DNA of 60,000 bases. Origin: Camelus ferus. Its lineage: Eukaryota. The stretch is taken from contig NC_045696.1 in NCBI RefSeq assembly GCF_009834535.1, forward strand, positions 68,016,001 to 68,076,000, written 5' to 3'. This document shows positions 23,651 to 35,880 of the stretch, one piece after another; position 1 is the stretch's first letter; the number at the start of each line of letters is the position of its first letter. Below the pieces are notes generated by a model. It made no database searches. It was given only the letters and a program-made list of their open reading frames with translations, and was not told where the DNA came from. The position numbers were made by a program, and so were the translations under genes.

Positions 23651-24999
23651 ACAACAGCCACTTCTGAGCCTCTCCCAACCTATTCCTGCTTACGGTGCTC
23701 TCTCCCACTCTGTCATGACACACTCGATTTTGTGTTTGTGTCCAAGCACAAGGCTTCAGAGTCATCGCGATTTAATTGTAAGCACAGAAAACACTCAGGA
23801 GGTAGAGTGGGTAAGAAAGGTTCACATTCATTGCCTAAAGTGTATATACTTGGACAAAACAGTCAAGACCATGTTTGAAATGGTAACAGACTGAGCCGTT
23901 TAAGAGTCAAAGCAGTGTCTTCCAGCCTTTTATCTTTTGCAGATCCATAGATGCAAAGAAAGTCGGTTGTTCTTTTAAGATACACTGATTAAGAAAGGAA
24001 AGGGTGACAAAACGTGACAGTAAATTCAGCCATGCTTTTCAATGAAGTTAGGTTTTATCCATCACAACAGCATCCACTCGCTTTTGAAAAACTATACCCT
24101 GAACATGGCAAGGGATATTATTTATTCAGTGTAAAGCCAGAGGTGGGGCACATGGGGACTGGGCCGTGGGACGGAGAGCACGGATCTACAATTCTAAACC
24201 AAAGCCTTCCCAAGATCGCCCCAGCTGTTTCCCTCAGATCCCCCCACAGCCCATGCTATCCCACACCACTGAGTCTCCTCACCACCCCCATCTTCTGGAA
24301 CATGATTCTAAAACACAAGGGAAAGCTCACCTGCCCGGGTCACCACTGCCCTTTCGGAGTATACAACAGGATTCAAACTCAGACCCCAGTGTAGCCCATG
24401 CAGGCTCTTTAAGTCAGAGGGGCACGCCCTGGCCTACGCAAATTTAGCTCCCCCTACTTCAAAGTGTTGTTGTCAAAGTGCAGATCCATCATCAAAGAAG
24501 CACCTCGCACAGGGATAAGCAAGAACCACTCAGTACTGCGACCTCCTCTCCCCGCAAGTGCCCACAGCGCTGTTTGTTCATGGACACTTTCATTCCGGTC
24601 GTCCAGCTTCGAGACCCCGGCCCGCCATGCCAAAGGAGAAAAAAGGAAGCAGTGCAATTTTTGGCAACCTGACATCATCATCATTCCAAATTTTCTTCCA
24701 ATTTCTCTTCCCGCTACCTTCCAAGAGCTGAGTCCTGCCTTTGCTTTGCCACACATTTTATTAGCATTATTATAACATGTCCTTTGCCAATGAAATCACG
24801 TCAAGAAGGAGGGAAGAACATTTTTGTTCTTCTTAGTTCTTACCCCAACCTAGTTCCTGGTGCCCATGCTTTAGATGGAAACCACTGATTTTTAAATCTC
24901 AATAAAATATGCATATTGCTTATAAAAGAGAAAAGCCTTCTCTCCTGGGTAGGACTCACCAACTGAGGAAAAATTCTTCCCTCCAACGACGCCTGGCAG

Positions 25000-25135
25000 A
25001 ACAATGGGAAAAGCACTAAACTGCAGTCAGGTGACTGAGTTCCGTCTTCGCCTCTGCTTCCTCAGTGTTCCCACCTGTGGAAATGGGAGAAGGAGGTTGC
25101 TTATGAATCTCTAGGGTCTTAGCAGCTTTAGAATC
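25000..25135 (+). mobile_element. MIR3-like fragment
   Basis: ggaaaagcactaaactgcagtcagg...cctcagtgttcccacctgtggaaatggg. Confidence 0.65.
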
Positions 25136-25824
25136 TCCCGGGTTTATGAACTTGCTGGGTAAACCAGATTGGGAATGATGACAGGCTTGAAACCCACAAA
25201 CCCAGTGGTTGACCTCTGTCCCTCCTCAGCCCCCAGTCAGCTCCCAATACTTCTATTTCACTAATTTGTCTCAGAACGATAGGGAAAAAGAATGCTGGCA
25301 CCCTAGTGTTCATAGATAAGCTTTTTGGGGGTGGGTGGGAAATAGCTTCATCATAGTATCAAAAGTGAAAGAGAGAAATCAATTAGTCAGATACTCACAT
25401 TTTAGGCAAGAAAAAAATCAACAGCAAAATCTGAACTACAGTATATAAAAAGAGACAGGGAATATGAGTTTGGAGACAAATTTCTAACTATGGAATCTAG
25501 TGATCGCTGTGCTTCCTCGTCTGAAAAATGAGAGCCAGCGAGCAGCAGAGGACTGGACAATCTTGATGCTTCCTGGTAAGTCCGCATTTGCTGGCTTTAT
25601 TTTATTAAGAACCATTACTATTTTGCTAAGGGCTCTGCGATATCTATTCCAACAGACAAGTATTCCAGGGTAGCAGGTTGCTACAAAGTTCTGTGTATGC
25701 AGGAAAATCCACATACCAGAAAAAGCTGCTACTCCCATTTTCATTGCTGTCATTTTTAACATTATTGAACCAATCATACAACCATTTTGTGTATGTTATC
25801 GCATTCAATTTTTAAATATCTATA

Positions 25825-25950
25825 CAAGTTCAAAGTTGGGAGGAACCTTAAAAAATGAATCACCTCAACTCTTCCAACTGACAGGAGGAGACCCCGGGGA
25901 CCAGAGGAGGGAAGTGGCCACCCCAGGAGCCCCCCATTAGTGGGTGGCAG
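25825..25950 (-). mobile_element. MIR3-like fragment
   Basis: agttgggaggaacctta...acaggaggagacc...ccagaggagggaagtg. Confidence 0.5.
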
Positions 25951-26969
25951 GCAGTCCAGGGCTCCAGTTTGGGGCTTGCTCCACTGGGTCGAGTTACGGC
26001 CACTGTAACAGAAGAGGTCACCACCACCAGCTGGCCAGAAAGACTTGCCCTTGGTCACACAATCAGCTTTGGGGCAAAACGAGAACTTACACACCCAGAC
26101 CTCAGAACACCTGCTTCAAAACTCCTGCTGTACAGCCCAACAGCAGAAAGAAACTAAGTCGGAAAAATGGAGGATAATCAAGATGAGCCCAGCAAAGCAA
26201 TATATTTCCTGAGAGCTAGCGATCTTCAAGGGCCCTGGAATTCTCACAGCCATCACACTAGACGGTGAGAAAGGCATAATTTCAAACTTGCTGAGGGATG
26301 GAGTATGAGGGGGCCAGCACTGGCCCTGTGGACAGTGCAATCTCATTAAAAAAAAAAAGACAGACCCCACCTCCATGCCCCAGGAAACCCAAGCTTCTCC
26401 TTGCAGAGGGAGATACAAATCAGAACAGTTTCTACAACAACAGCAAAGGGCAGCTAGCGTCCCAGACGCTTAAACTCCCGCTGAAGATAAAGCTCTCCAC
26501 CTTCACTTGCCAGCTTCCCTCCACGCACAAATGAACGTGGTCCCCCTTTACCGCAGTCAACTTCTCTTTTAAGAATTTTTCTTCTTCTGTTCCATAAAGA
26601 GAACAAGCAGTTTTGCTAAAGAACCACTGTGAAATGATTGAAGTTCCCATGCAAACAAACCATTAGCAGAGTTCAAATGCAATTTAAATTACCAGTTGTT
26701 AAAGTGCTCCTCAATTTCGTGGTAAGTTTCCAAGGAGAATTACATACTTTATACTATTTAATTGGTTGTTTTCTATTTTTTAACATCCATTTATCCCCCC
26801 CCATTTTATATTTCAGAAGTGTCTATAAAAGCTTCCCTTTAAAAAATTATACATTGTCGAATAGATTAAGCCTAAAGATTGAAAAGTATCAGAGAAACAG
26901 CTGCAGGATTACGTAGCTCAGCAGAAACCGATGGTTCTGACACCACAAAACAAGAAGAATTCTAAAATC

Positions 26970-27110
26970 TTGTAAGTCATCTGACAGTGCCCTCAGTGTT
27001 TACAGATGGAGGCACTGAGACCCAGAAAGGGAAAGGAGCCCAAGTCCTCTCCCTGGTCAGTGACAGATTCAAGACGAGAATCCCTAACCCCCAGCCCCGC
27101 GCCACCTTGT
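26970..27110 (-). mobile_element. MIR fragment
   Basis: tttacagatggaggcactgagacccagaaagggaaag. Confidence 0.75.
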
Positions 27111-27539
27111 CCCACCACCACGTGTTGGAGGGGATGACGGGAAATACACGACGAATTTTATTTTCCACCTGTAATTTTTTTTAAAAGAAAATACGTAGCC
27201 GTCTTCGCATACACCCCTGACCTCAGAAGTAGGGCCAGGCAACGACAAACATCACCCAAAAGGGAGAAAAGGAAGGAGAGGCTGATAAGGGAACATGGCC
27301 AAAGGAGCTCAAAAATGGGCAGATTCCTGGCAGGAAAAGTCAAGCCGCTCTTCCAGATGCCTTGAACAAGTGATGGGACATCAAGGCCGCCGATTCCCAC
27401 TGCTTTATCTGGCCCAGAGTTTGCGGCTGCCTTGGAGTCAGAGGGTCAAGGATAACAAAGTAAAGGCAGGTCTTCTCACATCTGTAAAGGGACAGGATTT
27501 CTCGTGGCCATCACAAGTACAGGACAAAGTTCAAGGCTT

Positions 27540-27712
27540 TGATGTGGGACTTGTGTAAATTATTTGACCACCCCTGAGCTCATACTTCCCTGTCTACAGA
27601 ATGGGGCTGATACCACCTACCCTTCAGGGTGTATGTAATCACCTCTTGGGATTCCATACCTAACCTGGGAAGCACAGAGCCTGCATACAGTATGCATTAA
27701 TCGATGTTCACT
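27540..27712 (+). mobile_element. MIR fragment
   Basis: gacttgtgtaaattatttgacc...ctacagaatggggctgataccacctacc...gcacagagcctgcatacagta. Confidence 0.65.
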
Positions 27713-28024
27713 CCTCATCTCCCAAAGTTTCTGTCTACAATTTCTCAAAGCCTGTGGGTCTGTGGTTCTAGTTTATTAGGATTACAACTGAGGCTTATAA
27801 ACCATGTTTGCTCCTTAAGTCTGTTAGATGCTGTGTGTCCCCTAAATTGGTGTATTTTGTCATTCAAAAAATTAAAAAAAAAAAACACATACATGAAAAC
27901 TTACACACCCAGGAATTTTCCCTTCAAAAGCAAACTGTCTGGAACTGCTATTTAAAAATGGCCTTCAAATCCAGTTGATGAACCAGACAGTAAAAAAAAA
28001 AAAAAATCCCAATTTAATGCCCAG

Positions 28025-28180
28025 CACCTCATTTAAACTTCCCATCAGCCCTATGAGAAAGATTTCCCAGTGGTCTGCTGAGAAAATTCAGGGTCAGGGA
28101 GGTCAGGCAACTGACCAAAGATTTGGGGGCTAGTAAATGGTAACACCAGGACTTGACCTCAAGTCTTCAAAGTCAAGCTG
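28025..28180 (-). mobile_element. MIR fragment
   Basis: ctcatttaaacttcccatcagccctatgag...gctagtaaatggtaacaccaggacttgacctcaagtct. Confidence 0.6.
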
Positions 28181-28390
28181 CATGACCTGGGTTTTATTAC
28201 TTTACAGTTACAACCCTATATGGACAGCCATCCTGCTAGAGGCAGATGTGTACCTGAAAAAACTCTTCTGTTATATTCACATTTTAAGGAGTTTTGGGAT
28301 TAAAAAAAAAACCTGAACTTTCAAACTAAACAACGTTCACATTAAAGGCAGATAGATCCATCTTGAATACCACCTTACTGTTATGTTCTT

Positions 28391-28658
28391 TTTTTCTCTC
28401 ATTTTTTTTTAATTGAAGTATAGTCAGTTTACAATGTTGTGTCAATTTCTGGTGCACAGCATAGTGTTTCAGTCATACATATACATACATATATTCCTTT
28501 TCATTTTCTTTTTCATTACAGGTTACTAAAAGATATTGAATATAGTTCCCTGTACTCTACAGTAGAAACTTGTGGTTTATCTATTCTAGGTATATAGTAG
28601 TTAGTATCTGCAGATCTCGGACTCCCAGTGTATCCCTTCCCATCCCCTTCCTCCCTGG
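28391..28658 (-). mobile_element. Cetartiodactyl/camelid L1 3' UTR, 5'-truncated
   Basis: aattgaagtatagtcagtttacaatgttgtgtcaatttctggtg...aagatattgaatatagttccctgt...ccctggta; TSD tatgttctt (28382-28390) and tatgctctt (28659-28667) followed by aa, as for an L1 endonuclease site. Confidence 0.9.
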
Positions 28659-28959
28659 TATGCTCTTAAGTGAAATAAAAAGCTCAGAGCCCTGGCACTA
28701 CACAGACATCTCCCTGGTATGTGGGAGGGAAGCAGGCCTGAGAAAGGTTAGCAATGAGCTGGTATCAGGGCAACTCAAAAGCAGAGTTCAAATGTCTGGA
28801 CTCACGGTCAGATGAGTCGCAGGTAACCTTTGTATGAGCTTCTGAACACCCTTCCGCACAACTGTTAGCCGACACGATGTCAGGTGCCCTGCATTCAGAG
28901 ATGCACAAAGTGAACATCTGCTAACATCTCCTGTCCTTCCGAAAGCACAGTGTATGGGC

Positions 28960-29395
28960 CCAGCAGACATGGGCGCTGACTCAGACATGCCTTGAGCTCT
29001 CAAAGAGCACACAGGCTCAAGGCAGACTCACTCAAATACACAAGACAGCAGGAAAAGTGTGCAAAGTAGCAGCATATTCAGTGTCTTTTAAGGGTCACGA
29101 AGAGCTCTGTTGATGATGACTTCTAAACTGAGCCTGAACGCCCAAGAGGACTTCCACGAACAAGAAGGAGGGAAATTGGCCCAGAGAACACGACGTGCTA
29201 AGGCCTTGAGACGAGTTCAGGGTGTTCTCGGAGAAAGTGACTAATCTGGTGAGGCCAGAGGCAGAAAACATGGAGGGATGCGGTGGGACGGAGGCTGGAA
29301 AGGAATGCTGTGGCCGGAACATGGAGGACCTCACGTGCCCGGCTAAAACACTGGCTCTTGAGACTTACGGGTATTGTATTTTGGAAAATGACACA
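28960..29395 (-). mobile_element. L2 fragment
   Basis: ctctcaaagagcacac...aactgagcctgaa...gctaaggccttgag...gaggctggaaagg...atggaggacctc. Confidence 0.6.
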
Positions 29396-30049
29396 TGAGA
29401 GAGTCAAATGGTAGAGCTTTTGGAACTGAATCCCCTTCCACGGTCAGCTTCCAAGCACAGCAAGGGTGGGAGTGTCTACAGGAAAGCTTCCTCTGGGACC
29501 CCTTCTCTGTGGTCCCGCCCACAGAGAGGTCAGAGGAGGGGGTAGCCCTCAAAGCTGCCCCAAACCCACACTTTCTCTGACCCTCCCCTCTAGGCTGGAA
29601 CTCTCATCCACAGAAGACCCAGGAAGGAAACCAAGCCTCATGTTCCAAGCAGGATGCCCACTCTGCCATCAAGGAAGTGCCAGCACTATCCAACTTGATG
29701 AATCAGAAGAACATGGGCTAAACACAGGCTCTAGTCTCTTCCGTGTCACTCACGAAGCAGGAGCCAGAGGCCAATCCAGCACGTACAGTGTGTGCTCAAA
29801 GCTCCATATCACAGAGCTCCCAGCCAGGCCTGGCACCGCATGACTGGGGCCTAGAAATGAGCCTGCACTGATGCCACCAGTGAGATTACATAGAATCCTT
29901 TCCCTTAAAGGAGACTTTGTGGCAAGTCCCAAATGTCAAAGGCACAGAGAGATATAATTTCTTTCCTGCCCGTAAAGAGCTCCCAGTCTAGAATGAGAAC
30001 TAAAACATAAAGTAGGAGATGGCAAGTGCCAGAGAAGCACAGACAACCA

Positions 30050-30220
30050 TACACATTCTCATAACGCCCCGGAGGGTTGGTGTGATTCTTCGTACCCACT
30101 TGACAGATGAGGAAACTCATCAGGTTAATGGACCCAACAGATTGCACAGCTAGGAAGCATCACAGCCAAGATTCAAATCCAGATCCCAAGCCTATAAGCA
30201 CCCTACTCTTAACACTTCCT
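30050..30220 (-). mobile_element. MIR fragment
   Basis: cccacttgacagatgaggaaact...cacagctaggaag...gattcaaatccagatc...ctcttaac. Confidence 0.75.
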
Positions 30221-30249
30221 TGCCTCAGAATATTATGTTGTGAGTTAGA

Positions 30250-30720
30250 ACAGAGAACACCGAGAGCACTTCTGGTGTGGGGGAGCGTGGATGGTGAGGA
30301 GCGGATGGTGATCAGAGGGTACTTCATTTAGAAGGTGGCATCGTTGCAAAAGTTAACAGGAGGAGGAGTTCTATGGATGAAGATGGGGGAGGTCATCTCA
30401 GGCAAAAGGAACAGCGTGAATTACAGCATGAAAGAGAATGCAGGGTCTGTCTGGGGATTGGCAGGGCAGGCAGCTGATTTAAGAATGAATGGGTGGGACC
30501 ATCCAGGACACTCACGTTGGACAGTTACTGCCGTCTGGTTAAGATGAGTCCTCAGTCCCAGGGGCAGGAGTTTTTACTTAAATGCCCCAAATACTAGGAA
30601 AATGTTAAGAATGACAAAATAATTGAATCTACGGTCAGGGAACATACAGCTGAATATACCAGGAAAATAATAAATGTTTCAAAGCAGGACTGTGACATGG
30701 TCTCAGCTTTACTTGGGATT
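30250..30720 (-). mobile_element. L2 fragment, degraded
   Basis: atcagagggtacttcatttagaaggtggcat...caggcaaaaggaacagcgtg...aagcaggactgtgacatggtc. Confidence 0.5.
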
Positions 30721-31009
30721 CTGTGCTTCAGTGCGAAAGCCACACATTAACCTTTCAGGACCTGGGCCAGGGTCAGGAATAATGGGCCTTCAGGTCCTTG
30801 AAGGTCAGTGTAAGAGGGACACTGTACCCTGTGGAGGTTTGGACTTCAAAACCTGTCTCGTAGATCTTGATCTTCTTGAAGAGAGTTTCTACAGATCACT
30901 AAATGAATTCCAGGCCCTAGCTGGAGCATAAGTACCCCCACCCGCACCACCACCACTGCTGATGAACAGAGCACTGAGAACAGGACGGGAGGTGTAAAAT
31001 AAAATAAAA

Positions 31010-31130
31010 TTCTGAGCCAGTCACTTCCTTTTAACGAAGGCATGGTTTCCTCATTTGTAAAATGGAAATGATCACACTAACATAGCCAGGTTATTGTGAG
31101 CATTAACACTAAATCTGTGAAATTAAATAT
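31010..31130 (+). mobile_element. MIR fragment
   Basis: gtttcctcatttgtaaaatggaaatgat...ggttattgtgagcattaa. Confidence 0.75.
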
Positions 31131-31347
31131 AAGGATATGTGTTTCTACATGCAGGGTGACATGTTTAGAACAGGTGCTCCCCTTGAAAGCCACCACATCG
31201 GCAGGAATAGTATAAAAATTACCCAATCCTCTTGGAGAAGTATCTAAATCTGGAATTGCCAACAATTTTTCCCCTTGCTGAAAACTGAGCTGTATTCCCC
31301 AGGCAAGTCATTACATCTTTTTGTGCCAAATTGTTTTCATCTTTTAA

Positions 31348-31450
31348 ATGACCCAGTAATCCCACTTTGGGCAATATACATAAGGGAATAATCCAAAAGG
31401 AAAAAAGAAGGCAATTTGTTCGGAGATGCTATTCAGAGCGCTATTTCTAG
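31348..31450 (+). mobile_element. Ancient L1 ORF2 3' fragment
   Basis: tgacccagtaatcccactttgggcaatata...agatgctattcagagcgctattt. Confidence 0.55.
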
Positions 31451-31454
31451 CTCT

Positions 31455-31612
31455 TTATGTATCCCTCTATTATAGCACTTATCTCACTGTGCTGTAATTA
31501 TCCACTCCCCTTCTACACGCCTCCAAATTATCTTTGAATCCATCTCCAGCACCTAGCACAATGCCTGGCATACAGTAAGAACTCAATAAATGTTTGTTGA
31601 CTAGATGAATGG
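31455..31612 (+). mobile_element. L2 3' end
   Basis: ccagcacctagcacaatgcctggcatacagtaagaactcaataaatgtttgttga. Confidence 0.85.
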
Positions 31613-31867
31613 GTAATATGAGAGAAATTTTAAAAGAAATTCGAGTGAGCAAAAACAAAGCATTGTTTTTAAGAGATGATGTGAAAGAGTTTAAAAAAAA
31701 AAAAAACTGGTAACTATAGACTGCAAACTATTTGTGAAGAAGCCTCCAGAGTGAATTTCAGAGGATACAGTTTATGATCTCTGAGCATCTCCAGGCTTAG
31801 GTCGACCACAGTACAAGACCGACACCTAAGGGCATGAGGTCTCATGCTAGGTCACTTTGGCCTGAAG

Positions 31868-31985
31868 GCCAGAGCACAAGGCTGGGTCAGGAATCTAAGA
31901 TTCCAAATCTGACTTGGCCACTATCTTACACTGACTAAATCACCTAACCTTTCTGAGTCCAGTTTCTCCACTAAAAAACAGAGTA
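31868..31985 (+). mobile_element. MIR fragment
   Basis: aaatcacctaacctttctgagtccagtttctcca. Confidence 0.6.
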
Positions 31986-32599
31986 TTTACAGGAAAGCCC
32001 AGGCCCATTAAAAGGAATTGGAGGGAGCAGGCAAGGGCCAGCAAGTGTAAATTCAAGTGTAAATGAAAGAGGAGGGCCTGAGGGGGCCCTGAGACCACGG
32101 TCCCCAAACCAAACTTTGAAACACCAGCTCTTCCAGACCCCCACTGAGCCTTCCAGTGTATAGGGTGGTTGAGGCTCCTCACCACGGAGTTTACAGGAGG
32201 CAGGAGTCTCTGCAAGAACAGAGGACACATCAAGGAAACACAGTATGTTAAATATGGCCCACAAAGTCAACATCACTCCGAATGTTCCGTATTCTTGGTG
32301 GGAAAGAATGCTTTATCCAAATACCCAGAGAGAGCAAAGGAAGCGGCTTATTCTGCGGGGCTTATTTTGGGGCGTTCCAGCAGCTCCCAGCCAGGAAGTC
32401 GGAGGCAGGAAGCCACTGCCCTCCATTCCCTGGCCAGAAGCTCAAGGTTAGAAACCAAAGTGGGGAGCGAGCAGTCAGACTCAGTCCGGACCAGCGGCAA
32501 GTCTGGGCACCCCCCAACTGCACGTGTTTTCACCTGGGTCAGGGTCTCTGGGATTTCTGCCCACTCGAGTTTGACATTTCTCTGGAGGAAACTGGGCTT

Positions 32600-33300
32600 G
32601 ACATCCTGTAGACAATCCCCGCCAAAGCACCACATGAACCCACCCGCTTTCTCGGGCTGCACCTTGCCGCCCTAATTGCTGTCACCTCCAACTCTCACCT
32701 GGATTATTGCGTCTCCTCTCCTTCCTGCTTCTACTCTTGCCCCTCCTTGCAATCCGGGTCCCCCACAGTGGTCGGAGCGATACTGGTAAACATTACTCAG
32801 ACACTTCCCATGACCCCTCGACTAGGGTCCAAGCCCCTTCCCCAGCTCACTGACACCCACCTGCCCTGCCTCGCCTTCATCTCACACTTCTCCCTGCAGC
32901 CCACTACCCCCCAGCACACTGGGCTCCTCTGTTCCTCAAACAAACCCTTTCCTACTCCCCACCCTGGCAACGGGCATGCCCTCTGCCTGCAATGCCCTCC
33001 TCCACGCAACTGTCATTCAGAGCACAGCTTCAACATAACCTCTGGGGCCCTGCCTCCACTCCCTCACAGGCCGAGCACCCTCTGTGAACCCTCCTGAGTG
33101 TCACCTACCGTTCTCTGCTGTTTACTTGCTCGTGTATGAACTGCCTCCTCCACACATACCTACTAGATTGTAAGTTCCAAGGGATCACTGTTCTGTGAGT
33201 CTTTTTCTTCACTCTAAACCCAGGACTGGATCGGCGCCCATAACAGTACGAGGCACGTAAGTGGGAATCCAATAAAGATTTAGTAAAACTAGAGGAATGC
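32600..33300 (+). mobile_element. L2 3' region
   Basis: ctctcacctggattattgc...cctgcttctactcttgcccc...ccctctgcctgcaatgccct...ctagattgtaagttcca...caataaagattt. Confidence 0.75.
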
Positions 33301-33341
33301 GCGCCACAGATGACAGAAACCTTCACGGTTGCTTGAAGGCA

Positions 33342-33570
33342 AGCAGCCCAGCACCGCGGCTAACAGCCCGGGCTTTGGAGTCCGCCGTGGAGCACTGATG
33401 CGTGCACACAGGAGCTGTAGGAGTTCAGGCAAGTTTCCGAGGTCTTACTTTTCTCAGGTAAAGAGGGGACAAGCGCACTGCCTTGTGGGAATGCTGGGAG
33501 AACTGGAGGAGATAAACCATGCGAAGCGCCTCGAGCCAGGCTCGGCAGGCGACACGTTCACTGTCATCAA
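33342..33570 (+). mobile_element. Near full-length MIR, unusually GC/CpG-rich
   Basis: gcggctaacagcccgggctttggagtc...ggcaagtt...ttttctcaggtaaagaggggac...gagataa...gcgaagcgcct. Confidence 0.6.
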
Positions 33571-33574
33571 CTAC

Positions 33575-33695
33575 AACCCCATCTTCCAGCTGGGAAAACT
33601 GAGGTTCAGAAAGGACCATGCATCATCACCCAAGGTAGACACTGAGTCTGCAGCAGAGCCAGGTTACAAAATCCCATCTTCAGTCTCTGCTCACC
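33575..33695 (-). mobile_element. MIR fragment
   Basis: ccccatcttccagctgggaaaactgaggttcagaaagg...cccaaggt...gcagagccagg. Confidence 0.7.
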
Positions 33696-33949
33696 AGGAA
33701 GGAGGATGGAAAAATAAGGTGAAGGAAAGGGATAAGGGTTACAAGAAATAAGAGCCACACCTCTCATTCCATTTGGGCTTCACATTTGGCTCTGAGCTTC
33801 CCAGGCGCCAGTATAAACCAGAGGAAAATACCTGAGTACGTACAGTCCTTTGAAACACCTGGCTACCGAAATGCCCCAGTAATGTGCGAGGAGGTGTCAC
33901 CATCCATGAGAACCACCCTGGTTTTTCACTCTTGCCAGCTGAATCCTGA

Positions 33950-34086
33950 TCACGTGCACTCTGAAGTCACACTACCTGGGTTCAAACCCCAGCTCCACTA
34001 CTGACTGTGAGGCGCTGGGCAACTTACTTAACCCCACAAAGCCTCAGGTTCTTCCACTACAAAATGGAGGTAAAAGGTAGTTCCTA
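33950..34086 (+). mobile_element. MIR 5' part, split by an L1; resumes at ~34517-34615
   Basis: ctctgaagtcacactacctgggttcaaaccccagctccactac...gggcaacttacttaacc...gcctcaggtt...aaaatgg. Confidence 0.8.
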
Positions 34087-34515
34087 AACGGATACACAAA
34101 AAATGTGATCTATATAATGTATGTATATATACAATGTATTATTATTCCAGCATAAAAAGGAAGGAAGTTCTGACATCTGCCCTCATGGATGAACCTTGAG
34201 GGCATTATGCTGAGTGAAATAAGCCGGCCACAAAAGGACCTATGCTGTATGACTCCACTTCTGTAAGATACCGCAAGTAGTCAAATTCATAGAGACTGAA
34301 GGTAGAATGCTGGTTGTCAGGGGCCGGGGGAGGGGAGAATGAGGAGTTACTGTTTAAATGGGGACAGAGTTACAGTTTTGCAAGATGAAAAGACTTCTGG
34401 AGACTGGTTGTATGACATGTAACTACAGTTAACTCTACTGAGCTGTACCCTTAAAAATGGTTAAGGTGGTAAATGTTACATGCAATGTACCAAAATCAAA
34501 AATAAAATTTTTTAA
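34087..34515 (+). mobile_element. L1MB-type 3' end inserted in a MIR
   Basis: catggatgaaccttgagggcattatgctgagtgaaataagcc...gtagtcaaattcatagagac...cagttttgcaagatgaaaag...cttaaaaatggttaaggtggtaaat. Confidence 0.85.
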
Positions 34516-35150
34516 AAAGTACCGACACACAGGTAGCTGTGGTGGTAGATGAAGGTAGGTCAAGGGCTTAGCCCGGCGCTTGGCACCCAGAGGAGTCCGT
34601 GCACGTCAGCTGCCCTTGTTCACAGTAACAGCGTTCACATTGGCACTGCCGACCCTAGCCCCTTAGGTGCCCCTGTCGTCAGCACCGCAGCGGGGAAACA
34701 TCGCAAGCCTTCACCCTTCAAGGTAGCCTCTTCCCACCTACTGCCCACCTGGGGAACAGCGTCTACAATCACAGCCCTGACGCAGGTGGGGAGGAGGAGA
34801 CAGGTTTCGTGCAGACTCCTGGGCAAGTCCCTGCCTTCCCAGAGCTTCAGAGCAGCTTGAGAGCGGCCTCCCCACCCCTCCCCTCCCGCGGACCACACAA
34901 ACTTGGGTCTCAGAGCACAGTCTCTCTCTATTATGATCTGCCACCTAACACCGGGAGCATCAAAGCACTTCCCCAAAACACGTCTCCAGAGTCTTCCCTG
35001 CCTTGGAGAAAGGGGCCCCCAAGCTGATGGGAAACTGGTCTAACTACAGAGTTACTGGTGACAGCCATGTAACATTTGGGGAACTGAGATAGGTTGGTGC
35101 CCTCTTGGTCTCTGAGGAACGCTGCTGTCACATCAAAGAAGGCTAAAGAA

Positions 35151-35155
35151 GTGTG

Positions 35156-35198
<43 letters not shown>
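35151..35198. repeat. (GT)n microsatellite, about 24 units, one interruption
   Basis: Direct reading. Confidence 0.95.
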
Positions 35199-35199
<1 letters not shown>

Positions 35200-35564
35200 T
35201 AAAATCTATTCAGAATCAGGGCTCACCTCTAAATAGGAATTATACTCCAGAAATCTTGCAGCTTCGGAAACAGCGGGAGAGGCTTAGAAGGAAAGCCTTG
35301 CTCAGTGTCTTTCATGACCTGTGCGTCATTCTCCCATGGGAGAAACTGAAATTAAGGCTCTGCTAGTCAGCTCACCCTTTTGGACAAGCTATCGCCCCCT
35401 TTCAGGAAAGAAAGAGATGCAGGCAGCAAAGCAGGTTGGAAGATAGCAGCTCACACTCAAACAACATTCACATGACCCAAAGCAGAGAAAGGTAAGTAGC
35501 AACCAGAGAAGGGAAAGAAAGTAAAATTAAAAAAAAAAAATTTTTTTCAGGGATCTGAGTCCAT

Positions 35565-35880
35565 GTAACATGATACAAAGAAGTCTGACCTGGGAGAAGT
35601 TGGTTCTAGTTCTCAATTTCTCACCAATTAGATCAGTAAGTGTGGACAGCTCTGACATCTCTGAGTCCCAGCTTCATCTGCCAAATGGGCTTCTTCTCAG
35701 CCTTTGCCTAAAGGGGCAGCTTCGGTGTAGTGGAAGGAGGAATGACCCGACTGTGAAAAAGACCTAGGTTGTAACCCCACCTAATTAGCCTGGTGAGCTG
35801 CGCTCCTGGGTCCCCCTCCCCGCCCACAACCACACTGTAAAATGAGACAGATCAACTGCATCTAAGACCCCTTCACCAGT
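35565..35880 (+). mobile_element. Two tandem MIR fragments
   Basis: catctctgagtcccagcttcatctgccaaatggg; then ggcagcttcggtgtagtggaagg...agacctaggtt...ctgtaaaatgag. Confidence 0.55.

Noticed and set aside
24954..24975. 3-nt microexon on minus (ttttcctcag|ttg|gtgagt)
   Set aside because: Short pyrimidine tract preceded by purine-rich sequence; likely chance
32169..32675. 168-aa ORF and overlapping ORFs (also 14483-14983, 44134-44622 and 53978-54469)
   Set aside because: Low-information Ser/Pro/Arg/Gly-rich translations without known motifs, several with non-ATG starts or overlapping L2
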